Below are positions 38,082 through 51,244 of a stretch of DNA of 64,000 nt, one piece after another. The stretch is from Botryllus schlosseri (taxonomy: Eukaryota). Each line of letters begins with the position of its first letter. The first letter of the stretch is position 1. Under the pieces are notes generated by a model that saw only the letters and a list, made by a program, of their open reading frames with translations, was not told the origin of the DNA and did no database searches. The translations under genes and the position numbers were made by a program. Location: positions 13,206,001-13,270,000 of the forward strand of contig CM119384.1 of NCBI GenBank assembly GCA_051294905.1, given 5' to 3'.

Positions 38082-38713
38082 TCTAACTAACATACATAAA
38101 CATGATAGTTCAGATAGTAGCAAAAATTCAAAGCTTTCGGATTCCTTACGTTACATTTGTGTCAGCTTCCGTGTAATTTTGGAGGATGCCGCTGAGGTTT
38201 CTCACTTCGATGTAACGAACGGTTTGCAAGTAAAGAGCTTGGTTCTGTCTGTTATTCAAAACACAATGATGTCGTTCGCATTTCACTAAAAGTATTTCTT
38301 GAACATAGGCGTCGGCATTTACAGCTTATAGATAAATTTATGTTATTATCCATATATAACCCAACCAATTAAACGGATTGGTTCCAATTGCAACTTGCAA
38401 GTCTCTGTCCAGTGAATGTGCTCAGTCATAATCAACTACAAATTGAACAGGAAATGAACACTCTATGATCTTTTATTGCGAATTACATCGTTAATGTCAC
38501 GCTTTGAATTTCCTTGTTACTTTATTATCAATGCAGTGTAACTATACTCGATTAAAAGTTTACTTAACCATACCCCAATGTTTCACTATCCTTGCACCCG
38601 CATACAACTCGTGTCTAGTGATTTATAGATTGTAAAATCTTGGAAAAGGGTCTACTATTGACATCATCCCTAAAACATACCCTAAACGTCTGGATGGGCC
38701 TATATATAGTAGC

Positions 38714-39609
38714 CAGAACCGTAACTGCCGCATCCCCTCCCGCTCCACAAACACACACACATCAATTGAGGGGCCCGAGCTTGAAGGGGCCCAAAATTAT
38801 TTCGTGAACTAACATAAATTGTAGAGTATTTTTTAGAAAATGTATGCCACCTCTTCAATTTTAATTTATTTATAGAAACATTTCGGTACCACGACTCACC
38901 AAGACATGTGAAGCGTGCCAGAACGATCGGCAGCAGGAAAACCTTGGTCAAAAAGGACTGCCCTTATACTGACCGAAAGCCTCGATATACATAATTATAC
39001 ATGTATGTTTAATTGTCTATGTGCGCCTAAATGGCTGGCGCCAAATGTTCCTGTCCTGGAAATCTGAACCCCACAAGACAAATGCAATCCCGCAGAGAAA
39101 AATTATTTGCCAGTCAAGAAATGCCAATTTGAAATCGTGTGTGTCTTTTAGTTTAGTACGTTTGGGTGAATTCAATATCTCTTAACATAGCAGACATGAG
39201 GTCACAAAATAACATAGTGAACGAAGTCATTATACCAACGGATCTGCCCGAATATATGTTTAATTTTTATATGCAGACCCTACAATTTCCAAGACACCTC
39301 ACTCAGCTCTACAGGTAAATCTGATTCTGTGAGCAGAGAGAGAATAAAAATTAAATGCAATATATATGCAATTCCCAATCGTATTGACCGATTCAATCAT
39401 GAATTAAAGAATTTTTTGCGCTTAGCGCGTTTAGGCGAAATAAGGTGACTCGTATATATGCCACGTATGTTTTGTCTTAAGTAACGGCAAAAACGCAGAG
39501 CCTGGTGTGGGGTCTGGGGGCGAAGCGCCCATAATTTGGATTTGACACCCTTTATGGGGCCCAAGATTAACGTTTTGAGGCGGCCCGAGGAAGTGCTGTT
39601 TCGGTCCTG
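38714..39609. mobile_element. CAGGACCG-family TIR element
   Basis: Termini CAGAACCGTAAC / GTTTCGGTCCTG; homologous to 11036-12056; flanks match at only 5 of 8. Confidence 0.8.
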
Positions 39610-39655
39610 ACCATAGCACTCGGATAAAGTAACAATGAATTCGATGTAATCGCAC

Positions 39656-39781
39656 GATATTCTTGTGACGAAAATGTCTTCCATGGAGTCGAGCAGTGGT
39701 ATCACGGCCAACAGAGTAGACAGCAACCACGATAAAGAAAGAGCAATCATGTATCCCCTTACAGATATCCGATGAAAAGGT
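39656..39781 (-). CDS. GPCR copy B exon, ICL2-TM4 (PFHRISVRGYMIALSLSWLLSTLLAVIPLLDSMEDIFVTRI)
   Basis: TTCAG acceptor, GTGCGA donor, 126 nt as in copy A. Confidence 0.85.
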
Positions 39782-40295
39782 CTGAACAGAAAATTACAAG
39801 TCGATTGCTAACGATATAGTCGGTATAGTATCTGAGGCTCAGTTGCGTTATAATTACATTGCCGCAATTATGAAAGAACACGCAGATCCAAGCAAGTATC
39901 CCATCTAGGACGATTGGAGACCGTGTTTAGATTTGTAAAAATAATTGTCTCCCATGGTGACGGAAGGCTTCAACATACATAGATTTTTATTGAAGTAGCC
40001 TACGTTACGAGTTACATCTTGACGAAATGCAGAACTGGTGAGGAATTAAATCGTCAGATAAATTTATAGACTGAATCTTTTGAAGTTACGGACTGTTGCA
40101 ACCTCACAGTTCATACATATCACTTCATTAAATATGTATAATATATCCAGCATTCATTTTATTTCAAGAAAATGAATTGGAATTGATATTTATTAGATAC
40201 ATACGAAGCTAATAAATATTATTCCTTCACAGCTCCATGATCGGAATATGTGAATGCGGATAAATCAACGTACCTACAACGATTTACATCATCCC

Positions 40296-40477
40296 CTGAT
40301 TATTCCATACACTCTCGAGAAGGCGATAAGCAGCATCGTAAATATAGATTGCTCGCAGCCGATAACGGATAAGCTATTGATGACGTTGCATGGTGTAATG
40401 AAATTGTGTCGGTCTGCAACAGCTGGTGCCCGCTTACGGAAAGTATCCAGTATCGCTAGAATAGTTACAGTGCAGAT
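40296..40477 (-). CDS. GPCR copy B exon, TM2 end-TM3 (ICTVTILAILD...PCNVINSLSVIGCEQSIFTMLLIAFSRVYGII)
   Basis: TTTCAG acceptor; 182 nt to the position homologous to the copy A donor, where the intron begins GG, not GT. Confidence 0.82.
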
Positions 40478-40621
40478 CTGAAAGTTGATAACAATATTCC
40501 GTCGACAGGTTATTATTGGTACATTCAATTGGTTTGACATTCACCTAATACAATGATTATGCGATAGGAGTATAGGGGTTTTATGATGCAATTCACCCCA
40601 AATCGACGTCGTAACGGATGG

Positions 40622-41570
40622 TAGGGCTGGTGTGAACCTCGGAAAGGTTCAGGTTCGTGTGAACGCGAACCTTCTTGAAAGGCTCTGTGTGAACGCGAAC
40701 GTGAACCTCATGACGTCGCGTGACGTCATATTGCTGATTCCACCTTACGTTTCAGTGAAGTGACATATAAATGTACATGATATCCCGCGACGACTCGGCC
40801 ACATATTGCCACAATGCTGAAGTACATACTGACTTTTCAAGCGTCGCCAAATGTATCAAATGGGGCAATCGCTTTGCCAAAAATTTCAACGAGGGCTTGC
40901 AAGAGAATATAAGATTACGCCTTAACGGCCGGTCTAGGCCAGACCGAACAATGCATTCGGTGGCTGAGTGTTGTTACGTTGATATTGAGCAGAGTTTAAA
41001 ACGGATTTTACCCCATTATAAACTTATACAGCAGTAGCCAACTCCTCAATAGCCCGGATCTGGTTTCTATGACGCAATCAACATATGAAATCGCGATGGA
41101 TCCCGTACGCTTGCTAGATTTTTTTCGTCAGACAACGATATCAATTTTTTTGATTGGTTCAATAAGCATCATTCGCTGACTACCTGTAGCGTATTTCGCT
41201 TAGATGTGGTGTGGTTGCGGGACAAGCTTACAGCAGCGAGTCACTAAATATTCACAAACATAAAGCTGGACATATCGAGCAAACTTTTGCAACAAAACAG
41301 GTGAAATTTTCGAGATTGTCAAGGTGCAGGCTTGTTCAGTGTTAATTTTTTATGCTGCCAGCACCATGCATAGAGAGGCCCGTAGTTGAAATGCAACAAA
41401 GTAGTTGAAATGAAATATATTTCAACCAAAGATGTTATAATGCCGTGAAAATTGTAATATACGAAAAAGGTTCAGTGCAGAACCAAGGTTCGTTTGTGAA
41501 CGTGAACCTCTTAATTTTCGAGGTTCGCACACAGAACGCGAACGAGAACCTCACGTCCACATCATCCCTA
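40622..41570. mobile_element. TAGGGATGGTGTGAAC-family element (opposite orientation)
   Basis: Termini TAGGGCTGGTGTGAAC / CACATCATCCCTA; flanks ACGGATGG / GCGGATGG. Confidence 0.9.
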
Positions 41571-41678
41571 GCGGATGGTATGGACGTGGTATATTCAGCA
41601 ATTCCATCGCCACCGGATTATTTGATTGCGGGTTCTAATAAATCAATATAGATTCTACAGGTCCATACAGTTACTATC

Positions 41679-42257
41679 CAGGGTTGTAATGACTCGAGTC
41701 ATGACTGGAATCGAGTCAGACTCGAGTCACGATTTTCTGATGACTCTACTTGACTCGAGTCATTTTCTCAAAATACGGAAATGATTCGACTCGACTGTAG
41801 TCAATTTGTGTATTGACTCGACTTGGACTCGAGTCATTGCGCATGACTCGAGACTCAGACGGCCAAGAGCGACATTTCATTGTCATTTCGAAGAACAGTA
41901 AAGGAACCAGCATATTGGGATTTCGTATATTGGTACTGGTACTTGAAAATACGACCAGAAACTGTTAAAATTGAGGAAAATTGGTGTATATTATCAATGC
42001 GAACCATTTGATATCACCAAACAGAGTTATAAAAGTGGGTTTAACGGGACTTTAACTGGAAACTGAGCAGTCAACACAATGACTTGGACTCGGACTCGAG
42101 TCATAATACCATGACTCGGACTTGAACCTCTGCTCGATGACTTGGACTCGGACTTGACTCGGTGGTGAATTGAATATGACTCGACTTAACTCGAGTCAAA
42201 ACCATAAAAGTGAGATTGACTTATGACTCGGAGCTTTGTGACTTGGTTACAACCCTT
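41679..42257. mobile_element. GACTCGAGTC-family hAT-like element
   Basis: Termini CAGGGTTGTAA / TTACAACCCTT; perfect TSD TTACTATC. Confidence 0.9.
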
Positions 42258-42438
42258 TTACTATCCAATAACTTTTGAAGCTTGTCCCACTGCGACTATA
42301 GCGTGGCATAGTTGGTGGTGTATTAATGAGCCACTCTCCTAGGCACTGCACAATGTCTTAAAAATACCTAAAAGACTGAATGTGGGTATTGCTATAAGTC
42401 TGGAGATCAGCAAGTGGAAATGCGAGCAACAATCTTAC

Positions 42439-42581
42439 AGCCACGAGCAAATCCGCCACCGATAAATTGAGAAAAAGCATCTTCGTAAGTTTTTTCTCCG
42501 CCGTGAGTTTATCACCCTTTCGCCAAATTCGAATGATTGTGATGAACATCACCATAATATTTCCGAGTATTGCAGAAACTC
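42439..42581 (-). CDS. GPCR copy B exon, TM1 second half-TM2 (GVSAILGNIMVMFI...MLFLNLSVADLLVA)
   Basis: GN and NLSVAD motifs; GTAAG donor; AAG acceptor; 143 nt as in copy A. Confidence 0.85.
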
Positions 42582-42650
42582 CTTTTCGTAAATAGAATAC
42601 ATCAATTGAAGCACCAAGATTTGTGAAGTATAAATGATTAACTTGCATAC

Positions 42651-42744
42651 CTATTATATAACCAATTGCTTTTACGGGCGTGACCGAACGCAAAAACTCG
42701 AAGTCGAATTTACTGTCAATTGCTTCGTTTGACTTGTTGCATAT
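42651..42744 (-). CDS. GPCR copy B exon preceding and entering TM1 (ICNKSNEAIDSKFDFEFLRSVTPVKAIGYII)
   Basis: GTTCAG acceptor, G|GTATGC donor; homologous to copy A 6207-6318. Confidence 0.7.
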
Positions 42745-43355
42745 CTGAACGGATGAAACTTATTAAATAAATCAAATGGCATGCGACACGAGCCTGGTAA
42801 AAACTAGAGCCCAGTCGATATCCGTCTCCGTAGAAAGATAGGTATCGACCAACTTCAGCTAATATTTATCGGCATGTCCGATAACGCCATCGTCGAAAGG
42901 ACTATACTTTCTTACACATTTGTAGTTTTATTCTAAATAAATTAAGTTCTGAGTTTATGTGCGACAATTTCTGGATGTCTTCTTCCAAATCATATCCCAT
43001 GATCGATATAAAAAATCAAAATTACCTTTAGCAGAAAAGTTTTGCTAACCCCTGGCTTACGTAAATGCGTTGTCTTCGCGTTCTAGAATCTGATGATTAG
43101 GCTACAATGCGCCGCGTGCTTCCCTACTGACACAATGTAAGGAGTTACGGTACGATAATTTACGATATCGTACTAGTACGCCAGGAAAGAATTCCGCAAT
43201 ACAAATGTCGATAAATCTTATCGGAGCGTACGGCACCAATTCCCTGCTCTTTATATGATGATAGCAGCCACGAAGCGCGGTTATCTAATACTAATTTCAC
43301 TTTAAAACGTAATTATAATGTACGATGCACATCGCGGAAACTCATGAGGACTTAC

Positions 43356-43490
43356 CCGCGTTCTACAGTAGATATTGCAATCATATTGAAGATGCTGCGT
43401 TGTATTCGAATCTCTGCCAATGATGGAGGTAGTAGTTACTAGTTTGCAAAAGTGGATAACCCTCCAAGCCTGGATAGTGATTCTTGTTTA
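43356..43490 (-). CDS. Candidate upstream ectodomain exon of GPCR copy B (...IQAWRVIHFCKLV...QYDCNIYCRTR)
   Basis: Open Cys-containing frame ending at CGG|GTAAGT in phase 0, compatible with the next exon. No recognised domain; the 5' boundary is a guess. Confidence 0.3.
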
Positions 43491-43873
43491 CTGTGTTTGT
43501 ACCGGTCGATGCACATTGCACATGTATGAGTATCAGTTTTATTAAGAATTTCATCATTTCAAAACACCACAAAACAGCGACAAAGTGAAACGGTAGGAAG
43601 GTGTCGAAACGACTTGTAGTATTCATTGAAATCAGACAGCCACCTGAGCCTATAGGCGACTTAAAACGGAGGCGTGAACAAGTGAACACTGAATGAAAAG
43701 TAAAAAACGGTAACACAAAGCGACAAAATTAGGTGGCATGTGAGGGAAGGCGAGTAGCCAAAATTAAGCATTGAAAGTAACCTTCCAAACTGTTCGGCGA
43801 TTGCTTTTAAGACTGAGAAAAGAGGTAGTCACTTGTGGTGCCAGGTAAGTAATTCCAGTAGTGCACCAGCTAT

Positions 43874-44821
43874 TAGGGATGGTGTGAACCTCTGAAAGGT
43901 TCAGGTTCGTGTTAACGCGAAACTTTTTTAAAGGTTCTGTGTGAACATGAACGTGAACCTCATGACGTCATATTGCTAATTCCAACCTTACATTTCAATG
44001 AAGTGATAACCTATAATTTGTACATTGTACAGCTGTACAATGTACACGATACCTTGCGACGACTCGACCACATAATTTCACAATGCTGAACTATATATTG
44101 TCGTTTTAAACGTCGCCAAATGTTACAACTGGGGCAATCAAATGATATAACAAACCCGTAAAATCAATATCTTCCGTTGCTCTGCCAACAATTTACGCCT
44201 TAACGGTCTAGGCCAGACCGGACAATATATTCGGCGTCTGACTATTTCTACATTGATATTAAGCTGAGTGTAAACGGGTTTCTATGCTTGCCACCGATAT
44301 TACCTCATTAACAAGTTGTCCAGCAGTAGCCAACGCACCAATCGCTCTGATTTTTTTATCGTAAAATAAACATATGAAATCAAGATTGACTCCGCACGCC
44401 TTCCAGATTCTTTACATCCGAGAACGATGACAATTTCATGGATTGGTTGAATAAGCATCATTCGCTGACTACCTACATGTAGTGTATTTCGCTCTTGATG
44501 TTGTGTGATTTCGGGTCAAGCTCACAGCAAGGAGTCACTATGTATTCGAGCTAACTTTTGTAACAAAGCAAGTGAAATTTTTGAGATTGTCAAGGTACAT
44601 GCTCGTGTAGTGTTTTTTTATGCTGCATGCATATAGTGAGTGACCCGCAGTTGAAACGCAATAACTTTCAACCAAAGATGTTATCATGAAGTGAGAATAG
44701 TAATATATGAAAAAGGTTCACAGTGCAGAACCTACGAGGTTCGTTTGTGAACGTGAACCTCTAAATTCCTGAGGTTCACGCACAGAACGCGAACGTGAAC
44801 CGCACGTTCACACCATCGCTA
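43874..44821. mobile_element. TAGGGATGGTGTGAAC-family element
   Basis: Termini TAGGGATGGTGTGAAC / GTTCACACCATCGCTA; perfect TSD CCAGCTAT. Confidence 0.93.
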
Positions 44822-45689
44822 CCAGCTATCCCTATATACCAGCCTTAGTGGATCTCTATTTAGAGTGACTCGGTAAGATAGCTGAGCCCAAAATGTACCG
44901 CTCCCGTTACGCCGGTATGTCACTGGTAAGTCAAGATGTACATTGTACATCTACTTTTCGAAGTACTCCAAATAGGTTTCACCAACTCGCACTACATACG
45001 TAAGTGGTTATGACTATTGATTACTTCTACTTCTACCGAATTGTTTTCAGATTTAGACCGAATTAGGCCTGAAATAGATACTTTTCATTTACTTGTGATT
45101 AGCTACTTCTATTTCGGTGTATTGCTTATAAAGGCCTAGTGCAGTATACAGTGATGTGCTAGCTCGGTCACAGGCCCTCCTAACACACCATGCAAATGCT
45201 AAAGTACTAAGCATGCCTTATTCGCTTTCGTTCTGCAAGAGCATGGAAAAAGTTTAACCTATAATTCGCGTCGGAGCCTTCGGGGCTTCGTCACCATTTC
45301 GGACAATTCATTGTCTATATCGCGACCTTCGAGCAATGCGGTAAGTCGACTTGCTCCATATGAACCATTCGTGGAAACCTCGCATACGATAACTACGATA
45401 GTTGGTACTTGAGTACCAACGATTAATAGTTTAACCATCTCTGATATGTAGCTAATACGAACAGAAATTTGAGATACCTTGAATCTTCTGTGATGCCGTT
45501 TTCGGACAAGTGTTCATATTCGTAGCACGGTTCACGTTCCTGGCCGACTCCGTTTGCAACGTAGCGATAGGCATGTGCAAAGCAGTGACATGATGTGATT
45601 GCATGTAGGCAGGTGACACCATCTCGATGTGCAATATTATCACCGCGCGAATTCATTGAAGTATACATTAGAGCTGGAATAAGCATAAG

Positions 45690-46544
45690 CAGGACCGTAA
45701 CTGCCGCACCCCAGACTCCCTAATTGGGGATGCGATCTCGAAGGGGGCCCAAAATTATTTCGTGAATTGGCATAAATTATATAGCGTCTTTTTTGGAATT
45801 TTATGCAACTTTTCTAATGTTTCCAGATATATTGGCTATTGGGTACTCTTCCTCCAAGAAAAAAATACGCATTATTCATTGAAATGGGCATTTCGGCGTC
45901 GACCATGACTGCGCCACGACATACCAAGACCATCATGGTCATACCATTCAGGCCATCATGTAACATGCGACTCCAGGAAGTGTGCCAGAACGATCGGCAG
46001 TGAAAATAGGGCTGCCCTTATGCTGACCGAAGACTTCGATATATATACAATGCATACATATCTAATACATACATGCATATATGTTTAATTGCCCATAGGA
46101 GCTTAAATGGCTGGCGTCAAATGTACTTGTGAAATAGCAGACAGGAAGTCACGAAATAACATCATGTAACGGAGTCATTATATCAACGTTCGAAGATTTT
46201 TAATTAGTATTTGCGGACCCTAAAGCTCCCAAGATACCTGACTCAGCTCCACCGGTGAATCTTATTACGTGATCAGAAAGGATAAAAAAAATTGATAGCA
46301 ATATACATGCAACTCCCTATCATGTTGACCGAATCAATTATGAGAAAATTTTTGCGCTATTAGGTGAAATAATTATTTAAGCCGTCTCATTATCAGTACA
46401 GCAAATCTCAGTGATAATTCGCGGCAAAAACGAACAACCTGATGGGGAGTCTGAGCGCGAAACCCCCTAGAAATTCGGTTTATCCCTCTATGGGGCCCAA
46501 ACCAACGTTTTGGGGATGGCTGACGAAGTGCTGTTTCGGTCCTG
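45690..46544. mobile_element. CAGGACCG-family TIR element
   Basis: Termini CAGGACCGTAAC / GTTTCGGTCCTG; homologous to the other two copies; TSD not convincing. Confidence 0.8.
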
Positions 46545-47369
46545 AGTAAAGCATATTTTCCTGTTCCGGTTTGTAGTAATTAACATGTGCGTGACAAAGC
46601 TTGCCGAAAACGGGGATCAGCGAAAGAAAAGAAAATCGGAGCAGTCGCTGTAGGATGAATTGACAAAAACCTTGTATATGTAGCTAACCGGACTGATATT
46701 CTTACACAACAGCAGTATTGAAATAACTCAGACTAAGGGCGTGATAAGACAGACATGACCAACGATTAGCAATGCCATCGCACAGAAGATGTATAAGCCG
46801 GACCCTGTTCGTTTGTAAATCGATTGACTTCGCTCAGTCTATTTCGAAAAAGCCTGTTGCTGATCGTAAATTCATAATGATTCTGTGACTTGAATATTTT
46901 ATTGTGGCTTCACTCCTGCGCGAATACTCGTCACTACAGATGATCAATACTCAGTAGTTTTGGGTAATCCCTGTCATAGACACTGCGCGTGGAACCGGTT
47001 TGCATTATCTTTCGCTTTGCTTTGTTATGCATAGCCGTTGTTCGCTATTTTTAGATAAAGGAACGTTGCCTTTTTGAAATCTTTGTTTTGATGCGGATAT
47101 GCTGATATGCACGCATGCAATGGGTAAATTTGTGAATTCAAGATTTCTATAAAGTAACTGCTCTTCCCTTTCTCTTCATTGAGCATTATTGTTGCGATTT
47201 TTCCGGAATTGCTGATGATGCCACACGACGTCATATCATGGGCACATTTTACTTCCTGGTGATGTTGAGTGTGTGCTCCACTGACACGCTATACATCGTG
47301 CTTGCTAAAAACCACTTTGAAACTTGTATTGAGTGTGTAGCATCACTAACAGCCAAACCCCATTTATAC

Positions 47370-47829
47370 TAATGCGGAGCGGATCGACAAATTCTCTGGC
47401 CCTATACTCCGGTCCTGTTTTTTTATAGCTCTGGTCCGACTCCGGTTCGACTCCTAGGCCGGATTCTAGAAATTACCGTGATCCGATCAGAAAACTCCGA
47501 CGGTAATAATTATCTACTCACAGGATGGTATTGAATATTGATTGAAACAATGCAAACAGGAAATTAAAAACTCAAAGACCAAACCCGAACCTTATCTGAA
47601 GTAATTATGCCAACTTGGACTTAGCAGGTGGTTTATCTCCATGAACGTTTCACTTTAACTATTGATTCTAGTGTGGAAGGGGGTAAGGCTGCCATATTCT
47701 CAGTGAAAAATACTGAACCGGCTCCGACCGTATCATAAAAAGTCCTGATACGGCTCCGAACCGGCTTGGGCCAAAAATGAGAAAATCCGGCGGGATATCT
47801 AATCCGGCTCCGGTCCAAGCTCCGCTCTA
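47370..47829. mobile_element. MITE with (CCGG)-rich subterminal repeats
   Basis: GGAGCGGATCGACAAATTCTCTGG start shared with 53186-53566; ends GCTCCGCTCTA. Confidence 0.75.
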
Positions 47830-47918
47830 TTTAATATGCATCGGGCGCGATCATTCACCATCGTGAAATCACACGAAGCCCGTCGATTTTTGTAGCCTAC
47901 CCAGTAAGAGATTATGAC

Positions 47919-49099
47919 TAGGGCGATTTTTTTTTTGACATGTCAAAAAAAGTCAAAATTAGGTCAAAATTGTAGCGTTAGGTCAAAATTTGTCAAAATT
48001 GTTTACAAAATGAAACATTTTTTGACCTCTACATTTAGTTTGTATCGTAGATTTTGCGCTGTCTGTGAACTTATCATTTGATAATTTACAGCCTGTAGCC
48101 TACTTTATAGGCCTACTGCTGTAAACGGCCCATCGTCTGCTCATTGTGAATCATAAACGGTCAAATGAAACAAATAGTGACATGGTTTTATGGTCAACGT
48201 ACCGCAATATCCTAACTGAAGCAAGACTGCTTGGGCATTGCATGGTTCTTACATCAAGAAGCGCAAGCTGAAAAATTGTGATATATATAGACAACATTGT
48301 CAGAATGAAGCAACACGGTGCATCACCAGCAAGCAGTGTGCACACAACTTCAGTGTTGTCAGCTAACAATTGCTGCTGTTGAACATTCTTTCTCCATTCT
48401 TGACAAGCTAATTAGTAAGAACAGACACTTTCTACCCGAGATAGCGCAGTGGTATAATCCGGGGCTGCAACACCAATGGGTGTGGGTTCGATTCCGACCG
48501 AGGTCGACTTCATAATTCCGATAGCTAAGTGTTGGAGGTTTACCTAGGCTCCTCCTCGCCACCTCATCCGCGTAAGCGGTGTCTTACAAAAAAGCCTAGA
48601 GGTGGGCCGTGCTATATGTTGGCAGTTACGGAAAATAATGAAGAATATCGGCCTGGTGTAAATGACCATAGTAGTTGACAAACACCATGAATACCACAAA
48701 ACAAACAAACAAAACAAACACTTTCTACCCGAGAATATAGGAAAGTATCTTTCGTTGTACTACAAGAAATTTTAATTATTCCACCATAATACGTAATGTA
48801 ACTACTGCAATTCTTCATAGGGCCAGATTTCGTTAAAATACTAGTTTTTTCGTGTAAAAATTTGTCAGTTTTTGAGCCAAAAACGTTCTTTCAGGCCAAT
48901 CTACTTTGTAAGGACAGACAGTTCCAACCAGAAATGAAGATAAGTAGTACAATATTAACATTATGTGCGAAAACACCTAATTTGCATACGTGAGGTCAAA
49001 ATTTGGTCAATTTTCAGTTTTTTTATGTCAAAAAAGTCAAAATTTAGATTTTTTAGGTCAAAATCTTCCGTTTCTTAGGTCAAAAAAAAAATCGCCCTA
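47919..49099. mobile_element. TAGGGCG-family hAT element carrying a SINE insertion
   Basis: TIR TAGGGCGATTTTTTT / AAAAAAATCGCCCTA; perfect TSD ATTATGAC; inverse homolog of 5041-5926. Confidence 0.92.
48437..48717 (+). mobile_element. tRNA-derived SINE, copy 5
   Basis: A and B boxes, (CAAA)n tail; ACACTTTCTACCCGAGA duplicated at 48425-48441 and 48718-48734. Confidence 0.95.
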
Positions 49100-49472
49100 A
49101 TTATGACCAATGACCATTGACTATACAGCATTACCCATAAAAGAAAAAACATTACACCTTATTTATTTTACTTTCGAGTATGCAATAGCACATCTCATAC
49201 AAGAGAGATAAGTTGATGATCGTATTCCCTGTATTCCTTGACTGACTCATTTGGCGATCGTTCTGCCAACGTTCGTAGTTTCCTTTCACATCAGTCGAAA
49301 GTATATAAGCGCATGTGCACCAGATAGCGGAGGTAGGCTACTCATAGCGGACACAGTACAGTTGCACACTGAATGCAAACTAACATAATTCATTCGAATT
49401 CGCTTAATTCAGACACGTATACGGAGAAACGCCACGAACTCAAATTCAAGTCGTGCTCAACGGGGCTGAGTC

Positions 49473-51244
49473 CACTGTTGCCAGAAAAGCGATTTTGTCG
49501 CTAGATCTAGCGACTTTTTCGTTAGGTTTAGCGATAAAAAATATCGATCTAGCGACCAGCGATAAATCTAGCGACTTTTGAAAAATATGTAGTGATTTTC
49601 TAGCGATTTTTTTCAGAAATATCTGATGTAAATTAGTTTGGAGCAGCATACACCATGCACGTTTACAATATCTTATGAGCTCCGCAGTATCAGCACGCAT
49701 CGCCGATCTGCGTTCAGGCAGTGTGCATGAATAGAAACGGCGATATCGACTTTCCTGGTGATGGAAGCGAAGTTGACCTTAACTTTTCCAGCCATATAAA
49801 TGTCATGCCAAGTCATGTTTTCTTAACTCGTAAATGTCCTGACCAATTGACCACCAACACAATCCCAGTTTATTCACAATCATGCGAGCCCAATGCAATG
49901 TGTCATACAAGGTCCCGATATGTGAATTATTTACGGCCATGTCGGACGAATATATGGTCCACCCTTCCGAAAAAAACTGAAATCGGGGACAGGCGGATTC
50001 AAGATAACTGACAAAGCTACTTGACATCGAACTTTTGACTGCTACACAAGACGTATCAGTACCATAACACTATTCGTGCAAAATTTTATAGATATCCGAC
50101 GGGGGGAACGGAGTCCAAATCGCCCTCCCCAGATTACAGAGTTTTATATCGGATTCGCGTCAGATAAATCAAAAATATACGATTACGTCGCAGACAACAC
50201 TCCAACAGGATTTGAATATCCCCCACACAAACAGAACAAACAAGTGAAATCACGAGTTTCTATGCGCGCTGTCGGATAACAGAAAAACATTCTTTAACAG
50301 ACTTTTGACGATAACTCTATTCGCACCAAGCTTCAATGAGTGTTAACATGCTACTGATGCGAACAAATATCATGTATAAAATTGACATATCACTGATCAC
50401 ATGGCTGGATAGGGAAATAGAAATATAATTGGATGGTCAGCCGCTAAGTAGTGATATATGTAGGCCGACTTACCGGGTTGGTCCTTCTATTGTTATCTGA
50501 AATGCACGTCGCTACTGATAGTGACCGGCAAACCCGGCACAAGTCATGTCGTGTTCAAGTACTCCCACACAGAAGGGAACGCAAACGCCTTTCCGCAATT
50601 GTGTGCATATCGCATCACGTATTTACGGACGCATCGAGCAAGGCACTTGTAGCCTAAATCGAGGATGCTTTTCATCTCAAATTCCCTTTCAACGGCTTTT
50701 CTTGTCACGACTTTATATAGTGAGTGGTCATGATCAATGTTCCCTCTAAGCTGCGCACGTGCGCAATTGCGCAGTGACATGGTGTCTGCGCACAGAAAAT
50801 CTAAGCTGCGCACAAAAAATCCGTAATGATGACCTTTTTTTAGTCTTCACGAACTGTTGTCCAAGGGACCGCGCAGTGAGTTGGTGAGTGCACGCAGACT
50901 CATGAAAAATTAAAGGGAACATTGGTCATGACTGCTAACCTGGTCACGAAACTGATCATTGATCAGAGCGATGTGTTTTGTGCAAATCTGCGTTGTCCTA
51001 TCTTGAGTTGACTGACAAGACTCTTGCGTATTATGAACTAGAAATATGATGAGTGGCATTTGAGACAATCGATCGAAATAGAGCGGACAAGAATGTAGGG
51101 GTATTCGGGTTCAATGCAACAATTTTAGGAATCAATGCAGATTTTGCGACTTTTATAGCGATTTTGTTTCAAGATTTAGCCACATCTAGCGATTTTCAAC
51201 GCCAGTTTTAGCGATTTTGGTCAATCAGGAGTTGGCCATACATG
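49473..51244. mobile_element. Decayed hAT-like element with CTAGCGA subterminal repeats
   Basis: Degenerate termini CACTGTTGCCA / TTGGCCATACATG; TAGCGA(T/C)TTT motifs clustered at both ends; flanks match at 5 of 8. Confidence 0.6.
50735..50924. mobile_element. 190-bp MITE nested in 49473-51244
   Basis: TIR CAATGTTCCCTCTAA / TTAAAGGGAACATTG; flanks GTCATGAT / GTCATGAC. Confidence 0.88.
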
